From an uncultured Halanaerobiales bacterium (GTDB lineage: Bacteria > Bacillota > Halanaerobiia > B1SED10-174), in NCBI GenBank assembly GCA_964568715.1, contig CAZMQU010000006.1, positions 42,249 through 106,248 of the forward strand: a stretch of DNA of 64,000 nt. The letters run 5' to 3'. How positions within the stretch are numbered: the first letter of the stretch is position 1; every line of letters starts with the position of its first letter. Shown here piece by piece: positions 9,858-19,871 of this stretch. A program made the position numbers and the translations under genes. The notes beneath the pieces were generated by a model. The model ran no database searches. It saw only the letters and a program-made list of their open reading frames with translations, and was not told where the DNA came from.

Positions 9858-10142
9858 TTGTCGAAAAATGAACGAGATGCCGTCGATAGATTTGCTGAAA
9901 CTTATGCACGGAAAAGAGGTTATATCCTTAACCCGGACCGGGAAATATACGATATGATAATTGAGGGGCTGGTTGCTAACAAGAAGAAATACAAGCGGCA
10001 ATATTGTCCCTGTCGTCCCGTAACCGGCAACCTTAAAGAGGACTTGGCTAAAATATGCCCTTGCAAGTGGCACGAGGCAGAGATTGAGAGGGACGGTATG
10101 TGTTTGTGCCAGCTTTTTTTAAAAGCCGAATCAGGTATTTAA
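9858..10142 (+). CDS. ferredoxin-thioredoxin reductase catalytic-subunit-like protein (FTR-B fold, 4Fe-4S plus redox-active disulfide)
   Basis: CPC-x15-CPC-x13-CLC cysteine pattern (CPCRPVTGNLKEDLAKICPCKWHEAEIERDGMCLCQLF) matches FTR catalytic chain signature. Confidence 0.6.
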   Translation: MSKNERDAVDRFAETYARKRGYILNPDREIYDMIIEGLVANKKKYKRQYCPCRPVTGNLKEDLAKICPCKWHEAEIERDGMCLCQLFLKAESGI

Positions 10143-10278
10143 TATTTGCAGGTCGCCGGAAAAAGGATGGCACTTAAAAATAAAAGATTTTTGACCGGAT
10201 CTTTCAAGCCCAAGAATGAGAAATTATTGGAACCACGGCAAAGTACAGTAATGTATATTTATATTGGAGGTGTTTATT

Positions 10279-10704
10279 TTGGGTTTTCTGATATACACAA
10301 TTTCCTTCTGTCAAGATTGTGAAGCGGCATTTGATTGGTTTGATGAAAATAACGTTGACTATTTGACCATTGATTTGCAAAAAGATATTCCCATATTGGA
10401 GGAATTGGAAGGCTTTGCTTTCCTTCTTGGGTGTGAAGTATATGAACTAATTAAGGATGAGGACTCTAATCTGTCACCTCAAGAGGTTTATTCTTTGGTT
10501 AAAAAGGATCCTGCTTTATTAAAAAGTCCCATTATTACCGATGGCAGCTTTATTTCTCTAGGATGGAATGAAGATACTCCCAGGAGATTGACAAGTTATA
10601 TTGCGGAATTTAAAGAGCCAAACAGGCATGTTGATTTCAAGGATTTTGAAGAATTTTTTCCCGGGGACGGAAAAGAATTCTTTGATGAGCCGGAAGAAGA
10701 ATAG
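10279..10704 (+). CDS. Spx/MgsR/ArsC-family protein with N-terminal CxxC and acidic C-terminal extension
   Basis: IYTISFCQDC near N-terminus, SPIITDG..GWNEDTPRRL C-terminal motif typical of ArsC/Spx family; TTG start 5 nt after ggaggtg RBS. Confidence 0.6.
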   Translation: MGFLIYTISFCQDCEAAFDWFDENNVDYLTIDLQKDIPILEELEGFAFLLGCEVYELIKDEDSNLSPQEVYSLVKKDPALLKSPIITDGSFISLGWNEDTPRRLTSYIAEFKEPNRHVDFKDFEEFFPGDGKEFFDEPEEE

Positions 10705-10774
10705 GCCGGGGAAGTTTGAATTTGTTTGCCGGGTGCATTTAGATTGTAAAGAAAAAACAGTTAAGACAAAATAT

Positions 10775-10812
10775 AAATCCCGCCGGAAATACCGGCGGGA
10801 TTTATATTTTTT
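10775..10812. terminator. bidirectional Rho-independent terminator between convergent genes
   Basis: aaatcccgccgg / ccggcgggattt 12-bp stem, 5-nt loop, A-run upstream and T-run downstream. Confidence 0.6.
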
Positions 10813-10826
10813 AAAAGATTGTTTTT

Positions 10827-11549
10827 TTACAGGACTTTACTTAAGAATTCTTGGGTGGCTTTATGTTTAGGTTCAACCAAGAGTTGGGAAGGAGGCCCTT
10901 CCTCCACGATGATACCTTCGTGGATAAAAACAATCTTGTCACCGGCTTCCCTGGCAAAAGCCATCTCATGGGTTACGACCAGCATGGTCATACCGTCTTT
11001 GGCCAATTCCTTCATTACATTGAGGACTTCGCCCGTCATACCGGGGTCCAAAGCTGAGGTTACTTCATCAAAGAGCATGACTTTTGGTTGCATAGCTAAA
11101 GCTCTGGCAATGGCAACCCGTTGTTGCTGGCCACCGGACAGTTGATGGGGCCAAGCCCTTGCCTTATCGGCCAAGTCCACCTTGGCCAAAAGATCCATAG
11201 CGATATGCTCAGCTTCCTTGTGAGGTATTCCCCGTACTTTTACCGGAGCCAAGGTTATATTGTCAATGACCCTTTTGTGGGGAAAAAGGTTGAACTGTTG
11301 AAAGACCATACCGGTTTCCCGGCGAACTTCATGTTTAGCAACATTTTTGGCAGTGACCTCCCGGCCATCGATCCAGATTTCGCCTCCATTGGGTTCTTCC
11401 AAAAGGTTGACACAACGAAGCAAGGTACTCTTACCGGAACCGCTTGCACCGATTATTACAACAACTTCTCCCCGATTTATAGATGTTGAAACCCCTTTAA
11501 GGACTTCATTGTCTCCGAAGGCTTTTTTGAGGTTGAGTATCCGAATCAT
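10827..11549 (-). CDS. amino-acid ABC transporter ATP-binding protein (GlnQ/ArtP-like)
   Basis: Walker A GASGSGKST, signature LSGGQQQRV, Walker B LFDEVTSALD; start taken at MIRILNLKK preceded by RBS. Confidence 0.85.
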   Translation of the reverse strand: MIRILNLKKAFGDNEVLKGVSTSINRGEVVVIIGASGSGKSTLLRCVNLLEEPNGGEIWIDGREVTAKNVAKHEVRRETGMVFQQFNLFPHKRVIDNITLAPVKVRGIPHKEAEHIAMDLLAKVDLADKARAWPHQLSGGQQQRVAIARALAMQPKVMLFDEVTSALDPGMTGEVLNVMKELAKDGMTMLVVTHEMAFAREAGDKIVFIHEGIIVEEGPPSQLLVEPKHKATQEFLSKVL

Positions 11550-12201
11550 AGGGTCCCATCCTCCTTTCCAAAAGAGCCAATAGCTGTGATAGTATGAAAG
11601 TAATGGCAAAGTAAACCAATGCAATACCGATATACATTGTGAAATACTCATAAGTACGCGAGGCGATCAAGGTAGCTCTGTAAGTTAATTCAGCTATGGC
11701 AATGAAATTTACCAGGGAAGAATCTTTGGTCAAGGTTACCATTTCATTGCCCATCGACGGAATGACTCTTCTAAAGGCTTGGGGAAAAATGATATAACGG
11801 AAGACTTGGAATGGTGTCAGACCTAAGGAAAGACCTGCTTGGGATTGGCCGGTGTCAATGGATTGGATACCGCCTCTGAATACTTCGCCCATATAGGCGG
11901 CACTGTTAAAGCTTAAGGCTGTAATCCCGGAAGCCAGGGCCGGTAATTTAAGTCCCAATTCGGCTAATCCGTAGTGGACGATAAATATCTGCACAATCAT
12001 AGGTGTGCCTCTGATAAAAGAGACATAGGCACCGGCCAAGGCTTTAAAGGGTTTGAATTTGGACAAGCGTCCGATGGCTACGATTACTCCCATTGAAATA
12101 CCCAAGATGACGGAGCATAGGCTTATTAAAAGGGATAATTTTGCCCCATCCAATAATTTGGGTAAAGTCTGAATGATTAGTTTAAAATTAATGAATTTCA
12201 T
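11506..12201 (-). CDS. polar amino-acid ABC transporter permease (HisMQ family)
   Basis: 231 aa permease with EAA-like loop (AELTYRATLIASRT) of His/Glu/Gln/Arg/opine family. Confidence 0.8.
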   Translation of the reverse strand: MKFINFKLIIQTLPKLLDGAKLSLLISLCSVILGISMGVIVAIGRLSKFKPFKALAGAYVSFIRGTPMIVQIFIVHYGLAELGLKLPALASGITALSFNSAAYMGEVFRGGIQSIDTGQSQAGLSLGLTPFQVFRYIIFPQAFRRVIPSMGNEMVTLTKDSSLVNFIAIAELTYRATLIASRTYEYFTMYIGIALVYFAITFILSQLLALLERRMGPYDSDTQPQKSLRRQ

Positions 12202-12209
12202 GGCTTCGG

Positions 12210-12968
12210 TTAATTACCAAACCATTTTTCGAAGATTTCGTTATACTCGTTGCCGGTCATCATTTTTTTAAGGGAGGCATCGATTTTATCCATTATATCG
12301 GTATTAGTCTTTTTAACGGCAATCCCGTATTGTTCATTGGTAAAGGGAACGCCGAGAATCTTCAAACCGCCCAGATGGGCCATGTAGTTTTTAGCGACCG
12401 GTTCGTCAATAATAACTAAGTCAACCCGACCATTTTTTAGATCCATAAAAGCTTCATTGACTCTTTTGTATTGTTTGAGATTGGAGTGGTCAGAAGTCCC
12501 GAATATGTCTTCCCCCTCAAAAGAACCTGTTGTTCCCATTTGTACCGCTACGATTAAATCCATTGCAACAATATCGTCTATACCAAAATTCCGATTGTCA
12601 TTTTCCCGGACAACCATTACTTGGGAAGCGTCAAAGTAGGGAGCACTGAACAATACCTTCGCTGCCCTATCTTCATTGATTGTCATGGCGGCAATTACCA
12701 CATCAAGTTTATCCGTTTGCAGGGATTCAATCAGGCTGTCGAAGGGCAAATGCACCACCTCAATCTTCCAATCATTGTCCTTGGCGATATGTTTTATAAT
12801 GTCGATGTCAAAGCCGATGATATTTTCATCATCATCGGTGGATTCGAAGGGCGGGAATGTTGCTTCAGTGCCAACTTTTAAAACATTCTCGGCCTTTTTG
12901 CTCCCACAACCTGAAAAGACAGCAAAACACAACAATAATACGGCAAAAATTACAAAACCTTTCTTCAT
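12210..12968 (-). CDS. amino-acid ABC transporter substrate-binding lipoprotein
   Basis: signal peptide plus lipobox (FSGCGS), SBP_bac_3-like body. Confidence 0.8.
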   Translation of the reverse strand: MKKGFVIFAVLLLCFAVFSGCGSKKAENVLKVGTEATFPPFESTDDDENIIGFDIDIIKHIAKDNDWKIEVVHLPFDSLIESLQTDKLDVVIAAMTINEDRAAKVLFSAPYFDASQVMVVRENDNRNFGIDDIVAMDLIVAVQMGTTGSFEGEDIFGTSDHSNLKQYKRVNEAFMDLKNGRVDLVIIDEPVAKNYMAHLGGLKILGVPFTNEQYGIAVKKTNTDIMDKIDASLKKMMTGNEYNEIFEKWFGN

Positions 12969-13329
12969 TGCGGTAAACCTCCTTGAAATTATAATAAATC
13001 CAGAAAATAGTTCTCGGGTTAGATGTTTTCCAACCCTTTTTCCATTATAATGTGTTATGAGAGTATTCTACATAGCAAGTTTAAGTCCTTTATTGCAGTA
13101 GCGTGCCATAGGGAGGCCGGGCAGCAGCAAAAGCCAATATATGAAGGGTTTGAGGAACCGGTAAAGTTTTGGATAAATTATGGTTTTAAGAGGTGTCGTA
13201 AATTAGTAAAAAGAAATTTATATGTGTATCTGAGGTTCGGTTCCCTCAGAATGAATTGTTTGCCCGTTTCTTGTCGTGGTTACAAGATGTAAATTTTTAA
13301 TCAATTACGGTTATAATAGGTGAACAAAT

Positions 13330-14016
13330 ATGAAAATACCGATTTTATATGAAGACAACCATTTGCTGGTTATTAACAAGCCCCCCAACCTCTTATCCCA
13401 ACCGGATAGAACCGGTGATGCTGATGTGCTTACCTTACTGAAAAACGACTTAAAAATCAGGTACAAAAAACCCGGTAATGTATATTTAGGTTTGGTCCAC
13501 CGTTTGGATAGACCAGTGGGAGGTGTCATGGTTTTCGCCAAAACCTCCAAGGCCGCAGCACGTTTGTCTAAGCAAATCAGAAACCGGAAGTTCCGAAAAG
13601 TTTATTTGGCCGTTGTCCGAGGTCGGCCGAAAAAAAGTGCCCGACTTAGGCACTACTTGAGCAAAGATTATGCAACCAATATGGTATCTATAGTTGCTCA
13701 GGCAAGCAAAGATGCCAAGGAAGCCATTTTGGACTACACTCGCCTGGCTGCCGGCAAACGTTTGAGTTTATTGAAGATTAGTTTAATTACCGGCCGACCC
13801 CATCAAATAAGAGTCCAACTCAATGCTTTGGGGCATCCTCTTTATGGGGATCTAAGGTATGATCCCCATAGTAACAGCCCGGGTCAACAAATTGCTTTAT
13901 TTTCTCATGAGATATCCTGCAATCACCCGACTCTGAAGAAAGTCGTAACTTTTAAAGATTTCCCTGCTTCCGTTTATCCCTGGGACCAATTTCCAATCTT
14001 GTTTGGTGGCTGCTAA
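13330..14016 (+). CDS. RluA-family pseudouridine synthase
   Basis: HRLDRPVGGVMVFAKT catalytic Asp motif and downstream RGRP..Y motif typical of RluA family. Confidence 0.8.
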   Translation: MKIPILYEDNHLLVINKPPNLLSQPDRTGDADVLTLLKNDLKIRYKKPGNVYLGLVHRLDRPVGGVMVFAKTSKAAARLSKQIRNRKFRKVYLAVVRGRPKKSARLRHYLSKDYATNMVSIVAQASKDAKEAILDYTRLAAGKRLSLLKISLITGRPHQIRVQLNALGHPLYGDLRYDPHSNSPGQQIALFSHEISCNHPTLKKVVTFKDFPASVYPWDQFPILFGGC

Positions 14017-14260
14017 ATCTAATGCTTGAAATGCTTTTTGCTTGACCACCTCAGCCGGCTGAGTGGATACCTCTGTCTCTTTGTCTTAATTTCCGGTATA
14101 AATTACCCGGCAATGTTTCATGACATCAACGGTTAACGTATTAATCGAGGCAGACAAATATCGATAATTTGCAGGAATTGATGATGATATATGTAATATC
14201 TCATTATAAATACATAAAAATGTCATAACGGATTAATCTATAAGCCAGGAGGTTGCAACG

Positions 14261-15679
14261 ATGGATCTTTATTTGTTTAACACCAAAACGAGAAAGAAAG
14301 AAATATTCATTCCCAAAGATAAAAACAAGGTAGGTTTGTATACATGCGGTCCTACAGTTTATTTGTACGCCCATATCGGTAACTTGAGGACCTACATATT
14401 TTCCGATATTCTCAAGAGGGTCTTGCAATACAATGGTTATAAAGTGACACATGTTATGAATATTACCGATGTGGGGCACTTGGTTTCCGATTCTGATGAA
14501 GGTGAGGACAGGATGGTATTGAGTGCGAAAAGGGAAGAAAAGACGCCTTACGAGATAGCCCAATACTATACCGATGTTTTTTTTGCCCATATCAAAGAAG
14601 TTAATGTACTGCCACCGACGATTGCTTGCAAGGCAACGGATCATATCGATGAAATGATTGAGTTTGTTGAAGTCTTGTTGGCCAAAGGATTGGCCTATGA
14701 AATAAGTGACGGAATCTATTTTGATATCAGCCGGTTCCCCGATTACGGAAAGCTTTCGGGCATCAAGTTGGAGGAGCAAATGGAAGGTGCCAGGGTCGAA
14801 GTTAATCCGGAGAAAAGGCATCCGGCCGATTTTGCTTTGTGGAAAAAGGCTCCTAAAAACCACATCATGCAATGGGCAAGCCCGTGGGGTATGGGTTATC
14901 CCGGGTGGCATATTGAGTGTTCGGCAATGGGTCTGAAATATTTAAAAGATTTTTTTGATATCCATACCGGCGGAATTGACCATGTTCCTGTTCACCACGA
15001 AAATGAAATAGCCCAAAATTGGGGATATACCGGGGAAGATGTCGTTAATTTTTGGTTGCACGGTGAATTTTTACAGGTCGATGGCGGCAAAATGTCAAAA
15101 AGCTTGGGCAATGTCTATACGATAACCGATTTGCAGGAAAAAGGTTACGACCCTTTGGCTTTTCGCTACTTGGTATTGAATTCCCACTACCGAAAGAAAA
15201 TGAATTTTACTTGGCAAGCACTTGACGGGGCAAGCACTGCCATGGAACGACTGAGGGCTTCCCTGGAGGACTTCCGAAGCGTAAAAGAATCGGACGAAGA
15301 TACTTTTTCCGGTAACGGCTCATCAAATGAGCATGAGTTGGCCGGCCATCGTAGGTTGTTTCACAAGGCCATAAACGACGACTTGAATGTTTCGCAAGGC
15401 TTGGCCGTCTTGTGGGATATTGTTCGTGGTGTTAAACCGAGTTCCGCCTATTACGACTTAATTATGGAGATGGATACTGTTTTTGGTTTGGATTTAGGAC
15501 GTAGTAGAGCAATTACAGCTAAAACCTTACCGGCTCATTTGCTTGATTTGGTAAACGAACGGGAGGAAGCAAGGCAGAATAAAGATTGGAAAAGAGCAGA
15601 TGAGATACGGGCTACTCTTGCTGAACACGGATTTATATTAATTGATACCCCCGACGGCGTCCGGTGGGAGAAGCCATAA
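14261..15679 (+). CDS. cysS: cysteine--tRNA ligase
   Basis: class I HIGH variant (TCGPTVY..HIGN) and KMSKS (KMSKSLGN); 472 aa. Confidence 0.9.
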   Translation: MDLYLFNTKTRKKEIFIPKDKNKVGLYTCGPTVYLYAHIGNLRTYIFSDILKRVLQYNGYKVTHVMNITDVGHLVSDSDEGEDRMVLSAKREEKTPYEIAQYYTDVFFAHIKEVNVLPPTIACKATDHIDEMIEFVEVLLAKGLAYEISDGIYFDISRFPDYGKLSGIKLEEQMEGARVEVNPEKRHPADFALWKKAPKNHIMQWASPWGMGYPGWHIECSAMGLKYLKDFFDIHTGGIDHVPVHHENEIAQNWGYTGEDVVNFWLHGEFLQVDGGKMSKSLGNVYTITDLQEKGYDPLAFRYLVLNSHYRKKMNFTWQALDGASTAMERLRASLEDFRSVKESDEDTFSGNGSSNEHELAGHRRLFHKAINDDLNVSQGLAVLWDIVRGVKPSSAYYDLIMEMDTVFGLDLGRSRAITAKTLPAHLLDLVNEREEARQNKDWKRADEIRATLAEHGFILIDTPDGVRWEKP

Positions 15680-15827
15680 ACAGTTAGCAGACAGGGTTAG
15701 ATCGCCGGGGGATTAGGGAAGAGCAAGGGCAAGCTTGCCAAAAAGGAATACTACAAGGCCTTAAAATCAACATTTATCCAAAATATTGCCCCTAATTTGC
15801 GGCATTCGACAACAGGGGGTGTAAATT

Positions 15828-16775
15828 TTGACAAAACGACATTTATTAATTTTGTTTTTAATGATTCTTATATTCAACGGCTCAGTGTTTGGTGAAGTGG
15901 AGTATTACACGGTTGACGTAGGTGAGACGCTTTGGATGATTGCCAATAAATTTGGCGTAAGTGTGGAGGAGTTGGCAGAATGGAACGGCATTTCCAATCC
16001 TTCACAGTTGCAGGCCGGTCAGCAGTTGAAGGTATATACTTCCATAAAGGCTGCTGAAGAGGTTACCGACCCCTATATTATTTATGAAGTAAAAGCCGGA
16101 GACACTTTATGGAGTATTAGTCGGTATTTCAACTTAGAGGTCGATGAGATTGTTTCAATAAATAATATATATGATTCAAACGATATTTATATCGGCTTGC
16201 CATTGCTCATTCCTACCGACAAATTTCCCCAGGACAAGCGAAAATACGAGGTCATCAATTTTTTGGATATAATTTATCTGGTTTATCAAGTAAAAGGTAC
16301 TGAATCATTGGCGGATATAGCGGATAAATTCGATGTTTCAGCCAATTTGATTTATCAAGCCAATGGCCAATTGGTGAACGAGATGGCCGATGGAACAGAA
16401 ATTTTTATTCCTCTAACAAATGACAATATTTTATTTAAAAAATACGAAGCTTTCAACATATCCTATCTGGTGCAAGGCAATGAAACAATAGAAATCATTG
16501 CCGATCGCTATTTGCTTCCCGTGGTGCTTTTGCAGCGAATCAACGGCTTGGGTGATACCGATACCTTAAGGGCCGGCCGGCGGCTTCTGATGCCTTTAAA
16601 TAAAGCCATTGCTGCTCCCCACACTTTACATACGACCAAGGCGGGCGAACAAGCTTTGGCTATTGCTACAAAATACGGCCGGGATGTGCGAACCATATTG
16701 GATGCCAATTATTTATCCGGGGCTGACGCTATTTTGCCCGCGGGGCTTATCTTGATTATTCCTCCCGGTCCGTAA
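15828..16775 (+). CDS. secreted protein with five LysM peptidoglycan-binding repeats
   Basis: signal peptide; repeated Y.V..GDTLW.IA..F...V..L...N motifs (5 copies). Confidence 0.8.
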   Translation: MTKRHLLILFLMILIFNGSVFGEVEYYTVDVGETLWMIANKFGVSVEELAEWNGISNPSQLQAGQQLKVYTSIKAAEEVTDPYIIYEVKAGDTLWSISRYFNLEVDEIVSINNIYDSNDIYIGLPLLIPTDKFPQDKRKYEVINFLDIIYLVYQVKGTESLADIADKFDVSANLIYQANGQLVNEMADGTEIFIPLTNDNILFKKYEAFNISYLVQGNETIEIIADRYLLPVVLLQRINGLGDTDTLRAGRRLLMPLNKAIAAPHTLHTTKAGEQALAIATKYGRDVRTILDANYLSGADAILPAGLILIIPPGP

Positions 16776-16904
16776 TGGGCATGAAGGGCTTGGGTCCGGT
16801 AAATAGAAACGATGGAAGAGCTTGGTGATAAATTATAGAGAAATGCTACGGATGTTTATATTAAAGTTACCCCCTAATATAAATTTCTTTCTTCCAATAA
16901 TCGC

Positions 16905-16943
16905 AAACCCATCCCTCCAAAGCAGGGATGGGTTTTAAAATAT
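16905..16943 (+). terminator. Rho-independent terminator-like hairpin after LysM gene
   Basis: aaacccatccct / agggatgggttt 12-bp stem, 7-nt loop, followed by taaaatat. Confidence 0.5.
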
Positions 16944-17099
16944 ATTGAAAAATATTTATCGGGTAAAGTCGGTGGGTAGGGAGCAATTGTTTCGTTTTCC
17001 AAGGATGGATAGGGGAAAAATAAGGGAAATTGAAATAGAAAATAGAGGAAAAACTACCTTGTAAACGAAAATATATGGTAAAAGGAGGTTTTGGGCACA

Positions 17100-19001
17100 A
17101 TGACTAAAATCATAACAATTCCTAGGGTAGAAAAGGCCGATGAAGTAATAGTAACCGGTAACCATTATGTTTCTTTACCCGATATTTCGCCCCAGGGCGA
17201 GATTAGCAGCATAAATTTGTTGAGTTCGCGGGCTTTGGGTTTGATTGAATTTAAAGGTTCGGCCCAAAAACCTTTCCTGTCACCTTATTTTAAAATAAAT
17301 CAGCAAAGGGCTGTTCTGCGCTCCCACGAACATATGTTGATTCAAAATTGGATACCCCGTTTTGGATTTGATGTTTCCCGAGGTAGGTGCGAGGTGACGT
17401 ATCTTGCTCCTTATGATGAGAAAGGGATTTCCATAATCTTTTTTTATAAGAACAAGAGTAATGCCAGCCAAAGGATAACAATGGGCCTGGAAGGATCCTG
17501 GGCTGTTTGTTGTCACACGATATTTAAGAGTTATAAGTTACGTGGCGACCGTTTCTTTTGGTATGATGATTGGACTGAATCTTTGGTTTTGGAGTTGAGG
17601 CGGGGGTTGTTATCGGCTGCCTTGGCTCTGCGGGGCGAAAAGTCTGACAATTATGGTTATGCCATAAACGATGCCGACCTTAAAGGTGCAGCGAATAAAA
17701 TCAGGGCCGAGGATCAAGATATCCTTAATTTTTATTTGGAGAAAGAATTTGAGGTGCAGCCCGGGCAAGAAATAACTTGGCCTATTTACATGGGTATAAA
17801 TATTGAAGGCGACGGAGCCTCTACAACTTCTGTCCATTTAAATCGTTGCGGCTGGCAGACTCTATTTACCGATACCGTCTCCTGGTTGCAAAAGCGCCAG
17901 ATCAAGATAAAGGATTCGGATATTGAAAAACTAGCCAACCGCAACCTGTTTTTTAATTATTATTTTGCTGCCGGTCGTGGCTTTGAGGATGAAAATTTGT
18001 ACCTACTGACCTCGCGAAGTCCTCGCTACTATGTAAGTGCGGCTTATTGGCCAAGGGATGCCCTCTTTTGGAGTTTTCCCGGCCTTTTGATCTTAGATAA
18101 GGAGATGGCCGCGGAAGCCCTTTATGGTGTTTTCGAACGACACTGGCGCAATGGAGGAATTCACAGCCAATATATCAACGGCACCGTTCTTTATGGAGGT
18201 TTTGAGTTGGATCAGCTCTGTTCTTATATTATCGCCCTGGATATGTTTTGCCGCCAGGTGCCTAAAAACGATTTACTAAGTAAATTGCCGATCAGTGATA
18301 TTATCAAGGATTTTTTAAGCCAATTAAGTCGGTGGAAAAGTGATAATGAATATCTTTATGGGACATTCTTGGATCCTGCCGATGATCCGCCCACATATCC
18401 CTATCTCACCTACAATCAAGTTTTGGTTTGGAAAGCTTTGGGTTGCCTGCCAAGCCTGAAAAGGCACTGCAGATTATCTGCCGATACTTGGTTGGGGCGA
18501 CTCGGCATTGCTAAAACAAGGAAAAAGATTAGAGAAGCGCTGTTCAAGCATGCGGTTTGCAGGGGGCCCGAAGGGGAGAAGGTGTTGGCAGGAACCTTTG
18601 ACGGCCAAGGCAACTACGAACTTTATGAAAATCCCCCCGGCAGTCTGGCTCTCCTGCCCTACTATGGATTTCTCACAGCGGAGGATCCCTTGTATTTGAA
18701 TACCATGAAGTGGATTAACTCAACTTATAACCCTTATTACAAAGAAGAAGGAATTTGTCCGGGTACGGGAGCTTTGCACGCAGCCAATCCATGGGTTTTA
18801 TCTGTTGCCGGTGAGATCCTTGCTGGTTATAAAGTCCATGACCGAATGCTTTGGTTGAAGAATGCAGCCTTGGATGGCGGCCTGGCATGTGAAACCGTTG
18901 ATCCCACTACGGGAAGGGCTTTTACAGGGCGGGCCTTTGCATCTTGTGCGGGTTTTTTAGGTTACAGCCTTTATTACCGGTTCGGGAAGGAGAAAATGTA
19001 A
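17100..19001 (+). CDS. putative (alpha/alpha)6-barrel glycoside-hydrolase-like protein (six-hairpin glycosidase fold; GH125/GH63-like guess)
   Basis: about 634 aa; WPRD, aromatic-rich repeats (YWPRDALFWSFPGL, NPWVLSVAG) reminiscent of six-hairpin glycosidases; family assignment not certain from sequence alone; start ATG 17100 or TTG 17091. Confidence 0.4.
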   Translation: MTKIITIPRVEKADEVIVTGNHYVSLPDISPQGEISSINLLSSRALGLIEFKGSAQKPFLSPYFKINQQRAVLRSHEHMLIQNWIPRFGFDVSRGRCEVTYLAPYDEKGISIIFFYKNKSNASQRITMGLEGSWAVCCHTIFKSYKLRGDRFFWYDDWTESLVLELRRGLLSAALALRGEKSDNYGYAINDADLKGAANKIRAEDQDILNFYLEKEFEVQPGQEITWPIYMGINIEGDGASTTSVHLNRCGWQTLFTDTVSWLQKRQIKIKDSDIEKLANRNLFFNYYFAAGRGFEDENLYLLTSRSPRYYVSAAYWPRDALFWSFPGLLILDKEMAAEALYGVFERHWRNGGIHSQYINGTVLYGGFELDQLCSYIIALDMFCRQVPKNDLLSKLPISDIIKDFLSQLSRWKSDNEYLYGTFLDPADDPPTYPYLTYNQVLVWKALGCLPSLKRHCRLSADTWLGRLGIAKTRKKIREALFKHAVCRGPEGEKVLAGTFDGQGNYELYENPPGSLALLPYYGFLTAEDPLYLNTMKWINSTYNPYYKEEGICPGTGALHAANPWVLSVAGEILAGYKVHDRMLWLKNAALDGGLACETVDPTTGRAFTGRAFASCAGFLGYSLYYRFGKEKM

Positions 19002-19004
19002 AAA

Positions 19005-19871
19005 ATGAAAGGATTGAAGGTGGGTATTGTCGGTTTTGACTTTTTACCCCAAGATATTGAAGAATATATGGAGTTGGTGACAAGATTAGTTACAGGTATG
19101 GTTGAAAAGGGGGCTCAATTGGTTCTTTTGCCTGGCTTGACGGGATTTTTGTGGGCCTCATTGCTGAAACCGACCTCCGGCGGCCATAATTTTGCAACTA
19201 TATTGCAAGAGATGACATTTGATTTTTGCGAAAACTTTTATTATTTTCATTGTACTTTGGCGGGGGATCTACAGGTATTTTTGTGCCCCGGGACAATTCC
19301 GCAAAGAAGAAGGGATGAAGTTTTTTTAGAAAGCTGTTTGATCAACGATGAAGGACAAACCATCGGTTTTCAATATCAAACCCACCTTATCTGGGAAAAG
19401 GGCATTTCTAAAGGAGATGCTTTAAACCTATTCGATTCTCCTTTTGGGAAAATAGGCATTTTAGCAGGAAGCGATATGTATTTCCCGGCAACGAGCCGAA
19501 TATTGGGTATGAAGGGAGCGAAAATAATTCTTGCACCGACTGCCCACATTGTGGCAAAAAGTGAAAGGATGAAGTTGGCCGGCTTATGGCGAGAAACTCA
19601 GCAAAACCATTTTTTCGGTTTGGAAGCTTGTTTCCATGGCGAGATTGGTAATTTGAAACTTTATGGACCGGGGGGGATTTATTCACCCTGTGAGGCAACC
19701 ATCGATAGGACCGGGATTATTGCCCAAGGCTACAAGAATTTGGTGGACTATTTGGATATGGCCGCCTTGGAAACAGCCCAAAATCAATTTCCCGTTCATA
19801 AACAACTCAATTGGGCTGCCTACGAAGATTTATTCCAACTTAACTCAAAAGGGAGCGGGAGTAATGTTTGA
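19005..19871 (+). CDS. nitrilase-superfamily (CN hydrolase) paralog with degenerate catalytic triad (likely inactive)
   Basis: CN-hydrolase fold motifs but LVLLPG (Glu replaced by Gly) and GSDMYFP (Cys replaced by Ser). Confidence 0.55.
   Translation: MKGLKVGIVGFDFLPQDIEEYMELVTRLVTGMVEKGAQLVLLPGLTGFLWASLLKPTSGGHNFATILQEMTFDFCENFYYFHCTLAGDLQVFLCPGTIPQRRRDEVFLESCLINDEGQTIGFQYQTHLIWEKGISKGDALNLFDSPFGKIGILAGSDMYFPATSRILGMKGAKIILAPTAHIVAKSERMKLAGLWRETQQNHFFGLEACFHGEIGNLKLYGPGGIYSPCEATIDRTGIIAQGYKNLVDYLDMAALETAQNQFPVHKQLNWAAYEDLFQLNSKGSGSNV

Noticed and set aside
13220-13245. tRNA-like T-arm (ctgagg ttcggttc cctcag)
   Set aside because: No acceptor stem, D-arm or anticodon arm in the flanking 70 nt; AT-rich surroundings; just a hairpin in a divergent promoter region.
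14017-14260. T-box leader upstream of cysS (and 31485-31652 upstream of gltX)
   Set aside because: No AANNNGGGTGGNACCGCG T-box sequence or specifier/antiterminator arrangement found by eye in either leader.
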